Assembly: GCA_965206645.1 (NCBI GenBank)
Contig: CBDBKE010000003.1
Location: 544,001-608,000 of the forward strand
Direction: 5' to 3'
DNA from: Terriglobia bacterium
Lineage (GTDB): Bacteria > Acidobacteriota > Terriglobia > JAJPHL01 > JAPKYU01
DNA: 64,000 nucleotides
A program made the translations under genes and the position numbers. Every line of letters begins with the position of its first letter. Position 1 is the stretch's first letter. Below the pieces are notes generated by a model, which worked only from the letters and a program-made list of their open reading frames with translations, was not told the origin of the DNA and ran no database searches. Shown here piece after piece: positions 34,591 through 45,146 of the stretch.

Positions 34591-35487
34591 TCAGAGGTCT
34601 TCAATCGCGATCCTCCTCTGCTGCTCCCCGGGCACTCCTGCTCGCTTGAGTGTGGCCCGGAATCCCTCGACGCTCGCTGGCACATAAGCCGTCAGCCAAC
34701 TGGTTGGGCGGCTGGGGACCACGGCATATTTCTCCAGGGTCTCCGGCAGACACCACGCTTGCTGGCGACCGTAAGGTGCCTGAAAATCTCCCGCTGCAAT
34801 CTTTCCTTCGCCCTCCAGGAAAATGAGCACCTCAATGCGGGTTGCTTCCTTTCGGCTGCAATAGGTGCGCGCTGCCGAGAGGCGCTCCAGAGCAAAGTGG
34901 CGGCAGCCGACCAGATAGTCGTGAGTTAGCTCAGCCGGGCCCGCCCGGGCAGGCCGAACGCGCCCGGCAGCCGGATGGCGCCGCATCACCTCAAGTGCCT
35001 TTTCCAAATGAAGCTCCCGCGGGCGCCCGTAATCGTAGAGCCTGTAGGTGATGTCGCTGAACTGCTGGATCTCGCACAGCGTCAGTCCCGGCCCGATGGC
35101 ATGGACGGTGCCCGCCGGTACAAAGATGAAGTCACCTGGATCGACCGCGAGCCAGTTCAGTTCTTCTTCGATGGTTCCCCCGCGCACCCGTTCCCGAATT
35201 TCCTCGTGGCCCATGTCCCGGCGGAACCCCACGGCCAGTTGCGCGCCGGGCTCGACTTCCATCACGTACCAACATTCGGTCTTGCCAGCGCTGTTCTCGT
35301 GCTCGAGGGCGTAGGCGTCGGCCGGGTGCACCTGCACGGAGAGCTTTTCGCTGGTGAAGAGGAACTTCAGCAGCAGCGGGGGCGCCGGAAACCAAATCTC
35401 GCCCAGGCGCCGCCCATCGCGGAACTGCCCCCAGACTTTTTCGTAGTAAACGGGCGCAATGGGGAAGGGCTGCTGCTCGAGGTCCAC
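34591..35487 (-). CDS. manA: Class I mannose-6-phosphate isomerase
   Basis: LSVQVHP, GKTECW, GTVHA, EIQQ.SD.TYR.YD. Confidence 0.92.
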   Translation of the reverse strand: MDLEQQPFPIAPVYYEKVWGQFRDGRRLGEIWFPAPPLLLKFLFTSEKLSVQVHPADAYALEHENSAGKTECWYVMEVEPGAQLAVGFRRDMGHEEIRERVRGGTIEEELNWLAVDPGDFIFVPAGTVHAIGPGLTLCEIQQFSDITYRLYDYGRPRELHLEKALEVMRRHPAAGRVRPARAGPAELTHDYLVGCRHFALERLSAARTYCSRKEATRIEVLIFLEGEGKIAAGDFQAPYGRQQAWCLPETLEKYAVVPSRPTSWLTAYVPASVEGFRATLKRAGVPGEQQRRIAIEDL

Positions 35488-35492
35488 GCCTA

Positions 35493-35547
35493 CCTCAACT
35501 TAGCCTCAACTCGGACCCAACTCGGCCTCAACTTGGCCTCAGCTTGG
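35493..35547. repeat. 11-bp degenerate tandem repeat, 5 copies, across the aminotransferase stop codon
   Basis: CCTCAACTTAG CCTCAACTCGG ACCCAACTCGG CCTCAACTTGG CCTCAGCTTGG. Confidence 0.8.
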
Positions 35548-36709
35548 CGAAGAACTGGCGCATTCGCTCCAGACCCCGCTCCAGCTCGCGGATCGAGGTG
35601 GCATATGAAAGCCGCAGGTGTTCCGTGGTGCCGAAGGCCTCGCCCGGCACCAGCGCCACCTGCGCTTCGCGGAGAAGGCGGCCGACCAGCTCCATGGTGG
35701 AGGTACCCCCGTCAATCTTCAGGTAAGCGCCCACGTTCGGATACACGTAGAAGGCGCCCTGCGGCATCGGGCAACGGACGCCGGGGATGTCACGCAGCCC
35801 CTGCACCACGAAATCGCGCCGCTGCCGGTATTCCGCGCACATCTGGCCCACCGAATCCTGGGGGCCCCGCAGCGCCTCGATGGCCGCCTTCTGCGCGATG
35901 GAAGTGGTGTTGGAGGTGCAGTGACTCTGCAGCTTTAACATAGCCTGAATGATCTCGGGGCGTGCCAGCGCGTAACCCACCCGCCAGCCGGTCATGGCAA
36001 AGGTCTTCGAGAGCGAACCGACCACGATGGCCTTTTCGCGAGCGCCGGGGAATGCCCCCACCGAGAAGGGCTGGCCTTCGTAAACAAAGTGCGAGTAGCA
36101 CTCGTCGGAAAGCAGCAAGACGCCGCGCGCGGCGGCCAACTCATAAAACTGGCGAAACTCCTCGAGCCCGATCACCGCCCCGCTGGGGTTGCTGGGGGAG
36201 TTGAGAATCAGCAAGCGCGTGCGCTCCGTCAGGGCCTGCTCGACAGCTTCCAGCCGCAACCGGTAACCGGCTTCTTCATCGGTCGGCACCAGGACCGCGC
36301 GCCCGCTCGCGTACTGGATAATGTCGCGGAAGCTGACCCAATAAGGCACCGGAAGCACCACCTCGTCGCCGGGATTGACCAGCACCGAGATGGCGTTGAA
36401 GATGGCGTGCTTGCCCCCCACGGTGACCAGCACTTCGGCCGGCGTGTATTCGGTGCCGAACTGCTGATGGTGCCAGTCGCAAATGGCCCGTTTCAATTCT
36501 GCGACTCCGCCAGTCGGCGTGTACTTGGTAAAGCCCTCCTGGATGGCGCGGATGGCGGCTTGGCAGATATTGTCGGGGGTGATGAAATCCGGCTCACCCG
36601 CGCCGAAATCCACCAGGTCGGCGCCCGCCGCCCGGGACCGTTCGGCCTCCACCACCACGGCCTGCGTGGCGCTCACAGAAATTCGCGAAATACGTTCGGA
36701 TAGTTGCAT
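35528..36709 (-). CDS. PLP-dependent class I aminotransferase (aspartate aminotransferase-like)
   Basis: GEPDF, NSPSNPSG, SDECY, SKTFAMTGWRVG. Confidence 0.95.
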   Translation of the reverse strand: MQLSERISRISVSATQAVVVEAERSRAAGADLVDFGAGEPDFITPDNICQAAIRAIQEGFTKYTPTGGVAELKRAICDWHHQQFGTEYTPAEVLVTVGGKHAIFNAISVLVNPGDEVVLPVPYWVSFRDIIQYASGRAVLVPTDEEAGYRLRLEAVEQALTERTRLLILNSPSNPSGAVIGLEEFRQFYELAAARGVLLLSDECYSHFVYEGQPFSVGAFPGAREKAIVVGSLSKTFAMTGWRVGYALARPEIIQAMLKLQSHCTSNTTSIAQKAAIEALRGPQDSVGQMCAEYRQRRDFVVQGLRDIPGVRCPMPQGAFYVYPNVGAYLKIDGGTSTMELVGRLLREAQVALVPGEAFGTTEHLRLSYATSIRELERGLERMRQFFAKLRPS

Positions 36710-36737
36710 AGGTCGCTCAGTTCAGCCGGTGCCAGAG

Positions 36738-37226
36738 TCAGACTGGAACCTTGGTTTTCAGCCGTTCCACCACGATGGGCGGCACCAGGTCCTTGATGTC
36801 GCCGCCCAGCAGGTGCACCCCCTTGACCAGCCGCGAACTAATGTAGCTGTAGGTTTCGGCCGGCATCATAAACACGGTTTCCACTCGAGGGTTCAGCTTG
36901 CGGTTCATCAGAGCCATCTGCAGCTCGTACTCGTAGTCGGAGATGGCCCGGATGCCCCGCAGAATGACGTTGGCCTCGGAGCGGGCGGCGTATTCCACTA
37001 GAAGCCCGTCAAACGCCTCCACGCGGACCCGGCCCAGCGGTACCGTCACTTCCCGCAGCATCTCCATCCGCTCTTCCAGCGAGAACAGGGGATGCTTGTC
37101 TGGATTGCGGAGTACCGCAATGATCAGCTCATCGAAAATCTCAATGCTACGCTCGATCAGATCCAGGTGGCCGTTGGTGAGCGGGTCGAATGACCCTGGG
37201 TACACGGCCCGCGTGTATTTGGCCAT
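36738..37226 (-). CDS. coaD: Phosphopantetheine adenylyltransferase
   Basis: YPGSFDPLTNGH, RGIRAISDYEYE, ISSRLVK. Confidence 0.98.
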   Translation of the reverse strand: MAKYTRAVYPGSFDPLTNGHLDLIERSIEIFDELIIAVLRNPDKHPLFSLEERMEMLREVTVPLGRVRVEAFDGLLVEYAARSEANVILRGIRAISDYEYELQMALMNRKLNPRVETVFMMPAETYSYISSRLVKGVHLLGGDIKDLVPPIVVERLKTKVPV

Positions 37227-37331
37227 CCCACGCATTCTAGGGGGCGCCGCGTAGCCCCGTCAACGTCCTCACACCGTTTCGCTCTGGAGACCCTGAGATT
37301 GACGGGGATGGGCGAGGCGCAATAAACTCAA

Positions 37332-38924
37332 TTGATGTGGTTTTCCGGGGACGCCGTTCGGTGGCGGAAGCGCGCTGCGGCAGCCCTCGTGGCCTCGGCG
37401 TGCTTTCTCGCTGGCCTGCCGCTGCTGGCGCAACACCCAGCGCGGGTCGACAGCAGCCTGCCCCTGTTCGTGGTGATGGCCGCCATCAACGCGGCCGGCT
37501 ATGAGGCGGGTGTGGATTCGCCGCACGCCAGCCCCGTGCGTCGGCTGGTTCGCCAACAGGTCGCCGCGGCCAAGCCGGCCAGCCTGGAAGCCTTGCGGGC
37601 CTTCTACGTGGCCCAGCGCCACCCGGACCCGGCGTTCGACCTCAGCCAGTACATCTCCTTCGCGCTGTTGATCGGCGGTCCGCCGGACTTTCCCTTCCGG
37701 GTGCAGGAATCGGAGCTGCCGCCTGAGGTTTCCGCGCTGCGCGACCTGCGGCCTCTGCTGGCTGCCTTCTACCAGGAGGCCAACCTGGAGGCGCTGTGGG
37801 AGGAATACCGCCCCGCCTACGAGCGGGAGCTGGATCGATACAACGAAGGTTTGGGGTACCTGATGTTGGAGCTGAACGGCTACCTGCGCATCGCCTCCTC
37901 AGGTTTCCTGGGGCGTAACTTCTGGGTTCACGTCGACCTGCTAGGAGCCCCTGGGCAGGCGAACGCGAGGGGATTCGGGCGCGATTACTACGTCGTGGTC
38001 AGCACCGCCCCCGAGCTGAAACTGAAGGAGATCCGCCACGGTTTGCTGCACTATCTGCTGGAGCCGCTGGCCCTCAAGCACAGGAGCTTGGTGCGCACGA
38101 AATCGGACTTGCAATGGTTTGCCGAAGCCGCGCACGGGCTGCAACCCGCATTGCGCAAGGATTTCCGGCTGTTGCTCTCCGAATCGCTCATCCGCGCGCT
38201 GGAGCTGCGGCTGGCCGAAGACACCCCGGCCGCCAAGCAACAGCGCCTGCGCGAGATCCTGGAAGGAGGGCATTTTCTGGCACCCTATTTCTACGAGGCG
38301 CTGGAGAAGTTTGAACAGCAGGAGGCCGGAATCCGGATCTATTATCCGGAGATGCTGGAGAAGCTGGACGTAGGACACGAGCGGAAGCGGCTAGCCGGAG
38401 TCCAATTCCGGGAGGCCACAGAAGCCGATGGTCTGGGGCACCTGCGGATGCCTGCGATGCCGGTGGCGGGCGCAACCGACTCCACCCCCAACGCGTCGGA
38501 AGAAGAAACGGTGTTGGCCCAAGCAGAGGACGCAATGGCCCGCCAGGATTTCGCTCAGGCTCGCCGACTATTTCGCGCCGCGCTGGAAAAGAACGGCGCA
38601 TTGCAAGCACGAGCCCTCTATGGCCTGGCCCTGGTAGCTACCCAGGAAAGGCAACCGGAACTGGCCAGGAGCTACTTCGAGCGCACCCTGGAGGTCAGCA
38701 AAGACCCCCACCTGCTGGCCTGGTCGCATATCTACCTGGGACGCATTTATGATATGAAGCAAGAGCGCGAGCTCGCAGTCGAACACTACCGGCAAGCGCT
38801 GGAGACTCAGGACGTGGAGGCGGCGACCCGTCGGGCAGCCGAACTCGGCCTAGAGGCCCCGTTCCGCCGGGAGACATTGCGCGAACAAGGCGGGGACAGC
38901 GGGAAGAAGAACGGATCGTGCTAA
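37332..38924 (+). CDS. Secreted protein with C-terminal TPR repeats
   Basis: Signal peptide; C-terminal ALYGLA.., YLGRIYD TPR-like helices. Confidence 0.8.
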   Translation: MMWFSGDAVRWRKRAAAALVASACFLAGLPLLAQHPARVDSSLPLFVVMAAINAAGYEAGVDSPHASPVRRLVRQQVAAAKPASLEALRAFYVAQRHPDPAFDLSQYISFALLIGGPPDFPFRVQESELPPEVSALRDLRPLLAAFYQEANLEALWEEYRPAYERELDRYNEGLGYLMLELNGYLRIASSGFLGRNFWVHVDLLGAPGQANARGFGRDYYVVVSTAPELKLKEIRHGLLHYLLEPLALKHRSLVRTKSDLQWFAEAAHGLQPALRKDFRLLLSESLIRALELRLAEDTPAAKQQRLREILEGGHFLAPYFYEALEKFEQQEAGIRIYYPEMLEKLDVGHERKRLAGVQFREATEADGLGHLRMPAMPVAGATDSTPNASEEETVLAQAEDAMARQDFAQARRLFRAALEKNGALQARALYGLALVATQERQPELARSYFERTLEVSKDPHLLAWSHIYLGRIYDMKQERELAVEHYRQALETQDVEAATRRAAELGLEAPFRRETLREQGGDSGKKNGSC

Positions 38925-38952
38925 CAACAGCGTGGAAGGAGAGCAACACCCC

Positions 38953-39780
38953 ATGCGAAGGATGAAAATGAGGACGGCGGCCCTCGCCCTGTTGGTTGGT
39001 CTGCTCATCGTCCTGGCCCCGGCGCAGGAGCCGCAGCAGACCCCAGACACCGGCCAGCCCGACCAGCAAGCGCCAAGCGCCCCGAAGGGGCCCATGGCCG
39101 AAACCGAAGAGGAGTTAGAGGCGTACCAGAAGCTCCTCGATGCCTCCCTGACCGCCGATCAGATGATCTCTCTGGCCGAGGAATTTGTGCAAATGTTCCC
39201 GGACAGCGAGCTGAATAGTTTTGTCTACCTGAAAGCGATGGAAGGCTACCGGCAAAAAGGCGACTTTCCCAAGCTGCGTGAGTTCGGCGAGAAGTCGCTC
39301 GCGATAGATCCGGAAAACGCCCAGGCCTTGCTCTGGCTGGCTCTGTTTATCCCGGAACGGACGAAAAATACCGATCTGGACCGGGAAGAGAAGCTGAAGC
39401 AGGCCGAGGACTACGCCAAGCGCGCCCTGGCGGCCATCGAAAAGAAGGAGAAACCTGATCCGGAAATGTTAGACACCGTATGGGAGGGAGCGGTCAACGA
39501 CATGCGCGCCTCGAGTTACGATGCCCTTGGCCATGTGGCCATGAAGCGCGGGCGGTATGAGGCGGCTGCGGACTTCTTCAAGAAAGCGATCGCGCTCGAG
39601 GTCGAGAAAAATCCCATAGTGCTTTGGCGCCTCGGGCTGACGTACCGGATCATGAAGAAATACGAGATGGCCCGCGACGCGTTGAAACAGGCGGTGGATG
39701 CCGGAGGCATCAGGCATGGCACGCGCGACTATGCCGCCGAGGAGTTGCAGAGGCTTGAGGAGTTGCTGAAAAAACAGTAA
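38953..39780 (+). CDS. Secreted TPR protein
   Basis: Signal peptide and TPR-like helices (IDPENAQAL, DALG, WRLG); start uncertain. Confidence 0.8.
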   Translation: MRRMKMRTAALALLVGLLIVLAPAQEPQQTPDTGQPDQQAPSAPKGPMAETEEELEAYQKLLDASLTADQMISLAEEFVQMFPDSELNSFVYLKAMEGYRQKGDFPKLREFGEKSLAIDPENAQALLWLALFIPERTKNTDLDREEKLKQAEDYAKRALAAIEKKEKPDPEMLDTVWEGAVNDMRASSYDALGHVAMKRGRYEAAADFFKKAIALEVEKNPIVLWRLGLTYRIMKKYEMARDALKQAVDAGGIRHGTRDYAAEELQRLEELLKKQ

Positions 39781-39874
39781 GGTGGCCTGCACGCCGGCAT
39801 CCGGCAATTGCCGACGCGGATCCAGGAACGGGGGAGTGCGAAGGGTGGAGTAGAAGGAGTCCTCCTCGCCGGCA

Positions 39875-39986
39875 CCCCATGCACCAGCGACCCCATGCAC
39901 CAGCGACCCCATGCACCAGCGACCCCATGCACCAGCGACCCCATGCACCAGCGACCCCATGCACCAGCGACCCCATGCACCAGCGA
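39875..39986. repeat. Perfect 16-bp tandem repeat CCCCATGCACCAGCGA, 7 copies
   Basis: Seven contiguous identical units with no spacers, upstream of rnc. Confidence 0.97.
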
Positions 39987-40067
39987 CGGGGGATGCTTTC
40001 GTTAGCGAAGGGCCGAGTGGCGCTGGGTCCGGAGTAGCTGCATCCCAGATCCGAAAGCGAAACCCAC

Positions 40068-40799
40068 GTGGACGACCTGAGCGAATTAGAAAAGGCCATC
40101 GGGCACACGTTTGCCCGGCGGGAACTGCTGCTGCGGGCTCTGACCCACAGCTCCCACAGCCACGAGCGCAGAGAGAGCGGCGTTTACCACAACGAGCAGT
40201 TGGAGTTCCTCGGAGATGCGATTTTGGGATTTCTGGTCAGCCGGGAACTGGTGGAGCGCTTCCCGGACTACTCGGAAGGTCAGCTGTCAAAGATGAGAGC
40301 GCACCTGGTGAGCGCAACGCACCTGGTTTCCATTGCCAGCCAGTTGCGCTTGGGCGCGTTTCTGCAACTGGGGCGGGGCGAGGAGAAGAGCGGCGGGCGT
40401 CACAAGCGGGCGCTGCTAGTGGACGGGCTGGAAGCGCTGATTGCCGCCCTCTACCTGGATGCTGGGCTGGAGAAGACGCGCGAGCTGGTCAGCCGCTTGG
40501 TGCTGAGCCACTGGCTGGAACGTGGAATTGAACAGTTTCCCCTGAGCGACTTCAAGTCGACGCTCCAGGAACACCTGCAAGCAGCGCACCTGCCGCAGCC
40601 GCGCTACGTCGTGGTTGGTGAGCGTGGCCCAGAGCACCGCAAGACCTTTACCATCGAGGTCCGGATCGGCAAGGAATTTGTCTCCCAGGCCGAGGGCGCA
40701 ACCAAGAAGGCCGCCGAGCAGGAAGCGGCCCGCGCCGCCCTGCTCCACTTCCAGCAGCGCACCGCGCAGCTTGCCTCCTCGCCGGCTGCAGCAGGTTAA
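40068..40799 (+). CDS. rnc: Ribonuclease III
   Basis: ALTHSS, NEQLEFLGDA, EGQLS, dsRBD with DFKSTLQE and KKAAEQEAA. Confidence 0.97.
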   Translation: MDDLSELEKAIGHTFARRELLLRALTHSSHSHERRESGVYHNEQLEFLGDAILGFLVSRELVERFPDYSEGQLSKMRAHLVSATHLVSIASQLRLGAFLQLGRGEEKSGGRHKRALLVDGLEALIAALYLDAGLEKTRELVSRLVLSHWLERGIEQFPLSDFKSTLQEHLQAAHLPQPRYVVVGERGPEHRKTFTIEVRIGKEFVSQAEGATKKAAEQEAARAALLHFQQRTAQLASSPAAAG

Positions 40800-40810
40800 C
40801 GCAGGTTAAA

Positions 40811-41614
40811 ATGGCGACGACCGAAACCGACGCGAGGAAGGCCCAAAAGACCACCGAGACCTCGCCGGCGCCCGGTGGCGCGGGTCGAAAGTCCACTTTC
40901 CGCGAGTATTTCGAATCCATTGTGGTGACTGTGATCCTGGCGCTGTACGGAACCACGTTCGCCATCCAGGCCTTCAAGATTCCCTCCAGCTCGATGGAAA
41001 ATACGTTGCTGATCGGCGACCACCTGATGGTGGACAAGCTGGCCTATGCGCCGCCCGACCGCTGGCTGGGACCGCTGCTGCCGTACCAGGAGGTTCAGCG
41101 CCGCGACATTGTGGTCTTCAAATTCCCGGTGGACCCAAGCAAGCATTATGTCAAGCGCGTCGTCGGAGTTCCGGGCGACCGGCTGCGAATGGTCAACCAG
41201 CAGCTGTACATCAACGGCCATCTGGCCGACGAAGGCTACAAGGTGCACAAGACGGGCAGCTTGGATGTGTACCGGGACAACTTCCCTGCTTCGGCTCCCC
41301 GCGCTATCTATCAGGACTGGGCGGAGGCCCTGCCCTGGCACGTGGAAGATGGTTGGCTGGTGGTTCCGCCCGGCCACTACTTTGCAATGGGGGACAACCG
41401 GGACAGAAGCGAAGACAGCCGCTTCTGGGGCTTTGTCCCGCGGGAAAATATCCTGGGCAAGCCCGTATTGATTTACTGGTCGCTGGAGAGCACCAGCGCC
41501 GACTACCGTCACCGTTCGCTTTGGAAACGCGTCGCGGGCATCTTGAAAACCATCGTGCAGTTTCCGTTCAAGACCCGTTGGGAGCGGATGTTCTTGCTGA
41601 TTCGCCCCAACTAG
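40811..41614 (+). CDS. lepB: Signal peptidase I
   Basis: IPSSSM (Ser), YVKR (Lys), MGDNRDRSEDSRFWG. Confidence 0.97.
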   Translation: MATTETDARKAQKTTETSPAPGGAGRKSTFREYFESIVVTVILALYGTTFAIQAFKIPSSSMENTLLIGDHLMVDKLAYAPPDRWLGPLLPYQEVQRRDIVVFKFPVDPSKHYVKRVVGVPGDRLRMVNQQLYINGHLADEGYKVHKTGSLDVYRDNFPASAPRAIYQDWAEALPWHVEDGWLVVPPGHYFAMGDNRDRSEDSRFWGFVPRENILGKPVLIYWSLESTSADYRHRSLWKRVAGILKTIVQFPFKTRWERMFLLIRPN

Positions 41615-41675
41615 AAGATTCCTGGTAACTTTAAGAGATTCGATGCTGCTTGAAGACAACTAGCTGGAATCGTCC

Positions 41676-44216
41676 TTGCCGCGCAAGCGCACCATTTTGA
41701 CTGCCGCTGCGGCCACTCTGGCCGTTGCGTTCCTGTTGCCATCTCTCGTGAATGTCAACCGCTTCCGCAGCCAGATTGTCGGTGCGCTGTCAGCCGGCCT
41801 GGGACGCCCGGTTCAGGCCGGCCACGTGCGATTGAAACTGTTCGGTGGCCCGGGCTTTGATCTTGAGAACGTCAGCGTGGCCGACGACCCGGCATTCGGC
41901 ATTGAACCCTTCGCCCGCATGCCTACCCTGCGCGCCACCCTGCGCCTGCGCTCGCTGTGGACCGGGCGGTTGAGTTTTTCTTCGTTGATCTTCGTGCGAC
42001 CGAGCCTGAACCTGGCCCGCAATGCGGATGGCCGCTGGAATGCCGAGCCGCTGATGAGCCGCGCCGCTGTCACCTCGCTCCACCCCAACGCTCCCGCCTA
42101 CGTCGAACTGCAGGATGCCAGGATCAACTTCAAGTCTGGTAACACCAAAAGCGTTTTCTTTCTTTCCGGAGTAGATGCGGCGCTTTATTCGACCTCACCC
42201 CCGGACGGCGGCAGCGCCCCCGCTCGCTGGAATCTGCGGTTTACCTGCTCCCCGGCGCGCACGGACCGCACGCTGACCGACGTCGGGCGGTTGCGGGTGG
42301 AAGGCTCGTTTGCGCCCGCACCAGCCGGCGCCCCTGACACCGGCTCCGACCTGCAGCTGCAAGTTAGTCTTACCGACGCTTACCTGGCAGACTTGCTCGT
42401 GCTGGCCTCTGGCACCGACCACGGCATCCACGGTGTGCTGGAGGTACAGGCCGCGCTGCGAGGGCACCCCGAGGCGCTACAAGCCAACGGGACACTGCGC
42501 CTGCGCGACCTACACCGCTGGGACATGCTGCCTCCGAAACGCGGTTCTTCTGTGGAGCTGCGCTACGAGGCCCTGCTCAACGGGCCGGCGGGCCGGCTCG
42601 AGGTTGAAAAGTTGGAGGCTGCTTTAGGCAGCGGAAGCCTGGAGGGGAGCGGCTCGGTGGTCCGTTTGCTGGATCACCCCGAATGGAAATGGCACTTGCG
42701 CTTCTCCGGCGCGAGCGTAGGGAATGCAATGCGGGCGGTGCAGCACTTTTCGCCGTGGCTCTCCCGCACCCTGAGGCTGGGCGGGATTCTGGATGGGGAG
42801 TTGTTCCTTGAGGGTCCCCCGCTCCAGGTTCAGGGTTTCGTCATGGGCCACGAGCTGGAGTTCGAGGACAGCGGACTGCCGCAGCTGCGGGCAGCACAGA
42901 CGCGGCTGAATCTGAACGGTTCCACAGTCAGGCTTGCCCCGACTGCCGTGGAACTGGAGCGTGGCCGGAACTTGGATCTGGGGGCGACCTGGAACTGGCG
43001 GACTGGGAAAGGCGAGTTTTCCGTTGCCGGGCGCGGCCTCCCCTTGCGGGCGGTCTCCCCTCTCTTGCAGGCCGCCGGAGCCGATCTGCGGCCGGCCCGC
43101 ACCTCCCTGCCTCAACCTTCCTTGCCTCAAAAAGGCTACCTGGCCCTGAAATTGCGCGGGCAAATCGCGCGCGACACCGCACCGAGCGTTTCCGGATGGG
43201 GACAACTAGCGCGCGCGCGGTGGGTACCTCCTGGCCTGTCCACGCCAGTTCTCTTGCACACCGCCCGGCTGGACTTTGGGAGCGATCAAGTCCGTGTAAG
43301 CCGCCTGGTGGCTACCTGGGCTGGCGCTACGATTACCGGCAGCGGGCGCATTCCCTTACGTCCGTCGCCCGTGTATTGGGCGGATTTGAAGGTAAACGAA
43401 TGGGACAGCGCAGCGCTTGCCGAGATCCTGCGGCCGGCGCTTCGCCACGCGCGTCCGGCTCTGTTGGGCGCACGTAGGCAGGCTGGGGTGGAGGCTGGTT
43501 CCTCGCCATCGGCTGCTCGGACTCCCGCTGCGTCCCCTTTTCGTGCCCAAGGGCGGCTCAGGGTCGGACGCCTGCGCTTGCCGAGGCTCAAGGTGAAGGA
43601 GATCGAGACAGCTTTCCGCCTGACGGGCAGGAGTTTGCGATTGGAACAAGCCCGTGGCGCTTTCGCCGGAGGCACTTGGACCGGCAACTCGCGGCTCGAT
43701 TTCCAAGCGCGCGGCCCGCGCTATCAGGTAAACGGGCTCGTTCAAGGCGTGGACCTGGCCACACTAGCTGCCTTATCCCCGCGACTGGAAGGCCTTGCAG
43801 CCGGCCGGGCTTCAGGCTCCCTACGGCTCCTCACCTCGGGCTGGGAAGCGTCCGACCTGCTGAACAACTTGAACATCGAGGTGCAGTTGGAGGGCCGCGA
43901 TCTCGACTTGCACAATGTGGACCTGGCGGCTGCCGCCACGGGGCAGCCTTCCATTTCCAGAGGCATCAGCCGCCTCGTTTCCTTCAGCGCCGATCTGGCA
44001 GTCGAACAGCGTCGGGTGCGCTTGCGGAAGCTTATCCTGGAAGCGCCTTCGGTGACCTTCCAGGCCAGCGGTACGGTGGGGTTTGACCATGTGGCCGATA
44101 TCCTGGTTTTGCCTCTCGACAGCACTTCACTCAGTTCCTTCCGGCTGATAGGTCCTCTGGAGTTGCCGCGGCTCCTCGGGCCGGAAGTAGCCCGCAGGGC
44201 AGCGGGTGGCAATTAG
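41676..44216 (+). CDS. AsmA family protein
   Basis: N-terminal TM, LGRPV, PSLNLARNADGRWN, long beta-rich body. Confidence 0.8.
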   Translation: MPRKRTILTAAAATLAVAFLLPSLVNVNRFRSQIVGALSAGLGRPVQAGHVRLKLFGGPGFDLENVSVADDPAFGIEPFARMPTLRATLRLRSLWTGRLSFSSLIFVRPSLNLARNADGRWNAEPLMSRAAVTSLHPNAPAYVELQDARINFKSGNTKSVFFLSGVDAALYSTSPPDGGSAPARWNLRFTCSPARTDRTLTDVGRLRVEGSFAPAPAGAPDTGSDLQLQVSLTDAYLADLLVLASGTDHGIHGVLEVQAALRGHPEALQANGTLRLRDLHRWDMLPPKRGSSVELRYEALLNGPAGRLEVEKLEAALGSGSLEGSGSVVRLLDHPEWKWHLRFSGASVGNAMRAVQHFSPWLSRTLRLGGILDGELFLEGPPLQVQGFVMGHELEFEDSGLPQLRAAQTRLNLNGSTVRLAPTAVELERGRNLDLGATWNWRTGKGEFSVAGRGLPLRAVSPLLQAAGADLRPARTSLPQPSLPQKGYLALKLRGQIARDTAPSVSGWGQLARARWVPPGLSTPVLLHTARLDFGSDQVRVSRLVATWAGATITGSGRIPLRPSPVYWADLKVNEWDSAALAEILRPALRHARPALLGARRQAGVEAGSSPSAARTPAASPFRAQGRLRVGRLRLPRLKVKEIETAFRLTGRSLRLEQARGAFAGGTWTGNSRLDFQARGPRYQVNGLVQGVDLATLAALSPRLEGLAAGRASGSLRLLTSGWEASDLLNNLNIEVQLEGRDLDLHNVDLAAAATGQPSISRGISRLVSFSADLAVEQRRVRLRKLILEAPSVTFQASGTVGFDHVADILVLPLDSTSLSSFRLIGPLELPRLLGPEVARRAAGGN

Positions 44217-44316
44217 CGGCGCCGTTTTCCGCTCGTGGGACTGGTCGGCCGGGTAGCCACCCTTTGCGGCCGGCGGCACCGAGCTGTCCTCCCCCTGCGT
44301 CTAACTCATTGTTCCG

Positions 44317-44943
44317 GTGATGAAGCTCCTTCTTGCGGTGCCGCTGATGATGCTAGCTCTGCTCGGAGGTCCGGGGGACGAACGTCGGGCCAGCGAACCG
44401 GAACTCTCAGAAGCGCTGGCCGAACAGATGGCGAAGAAGCTGGCGCGAATCACCGACTGGGCTGCCCGAGCCGAGGCTGACGCAACTAACCCCCGCAACT
44501 CTCGGGTAGTGACAGTTCTGCTGGAAGAGGAAATCAATTCCTATTTCAAATACCGGATGAGCGGGAAGATTCCGGCCGGAGTCTCCCAGGTGCGTTTCCA
44601 TCTGCGCCCCGAGCGTCCTTCGACAACCGCCCTGGTGGACTTCGACCGCTTCAAAGCTGCCTCGCGCCGACCCATTCATCCCCTCCTGGACGCGTTGCTG
44701 CGTGGCCGGCACCCGGTCGCAATGCGCGGCCGTTTTACTTCCTCAAACGGCGCCGGGGTGTTCCATCTCGAGGAGGTCTCCATCGGGAGCTTGGCCCTCC
44801 GCGGTGCCCTGCTGGAGTTGCTCGTCACCCATTTCATCCAGCCCCGCTATCCCACGGCCGCAATCAATCGCCCGTTTGCTTTGCCGGCCAGAATCGACCA
44901 GGTTGTGGTGGAGCAAGGACGCCTTCTCGTCGATCAAAAGTGA
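44317..44943 (+). CDS. Hypothetical secreted protein
   Basis: Signal-like N terminus, EEEINSY motif. Confidence 0.7.
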   Translation: MMKLLLAVPLMMLALLGGPGDERRASEPELSEALAEQMAKKLARITDWAARAEADATNPRNSRVVTVLLEEEINSYFKYRMSGKIPAGVSQVRFHLRPERPSTTALVDFDRFKAASRRPIHPLLDALLRGRHPVAMRGRFTSSNGAGVFHLEEVSIGSLALRGALLELLVTHFIQPRYPTAAINRPFALPARIDQVVVEQGRLLVDQK

Positions 44944-44994
44944 TGGGCAGAAATGATCGGCAGAAGTGATGGGCAGAAATGATGGGCAGAAGTG
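44938..44994. repeat. 13-bp tandem repeat AA(G/A)TGAT(G/C)GGCAG, 4 copies plus partial
   Basis: Units at 44938, 44951, 44964, 44977; first contains the TGA stop of the upstream ORF. Confidence 0.9.
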
Positions 44995-45040
44995 CCCCGT
45001 ACGACTATTCAGCAATGAAAATGAGAAAGAGCCGGCAATG

Positions 45041-45067
45041 AAAAGGGGATCCGCGACGGGATCCCCT
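45041..45067 (-). terminator. Rho-independent terminator
   Basis: GGGGATCC/GGATCCCC stem followed by TTTT on the minus strand, downstream of the micropeptide gene. Confidence 0.7.
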
Positions 45068-45146
45068 GTGGGTTGATTTCAGCGCCTGCGGCGGCGGTGG
45101 TTCCGAAAAGCCGTCGGCGAGGCGCGGGCTGCGTTCGCAGTCAGGG

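Noticed and set aside
39875-39986. 16-bp repeats as a CRISPR array or as coding repeats in ORFs 39469-40531
   Set aside because: No spacers; the ORFs crossing it are frame-cycling translations of the repeat and overlap real genes
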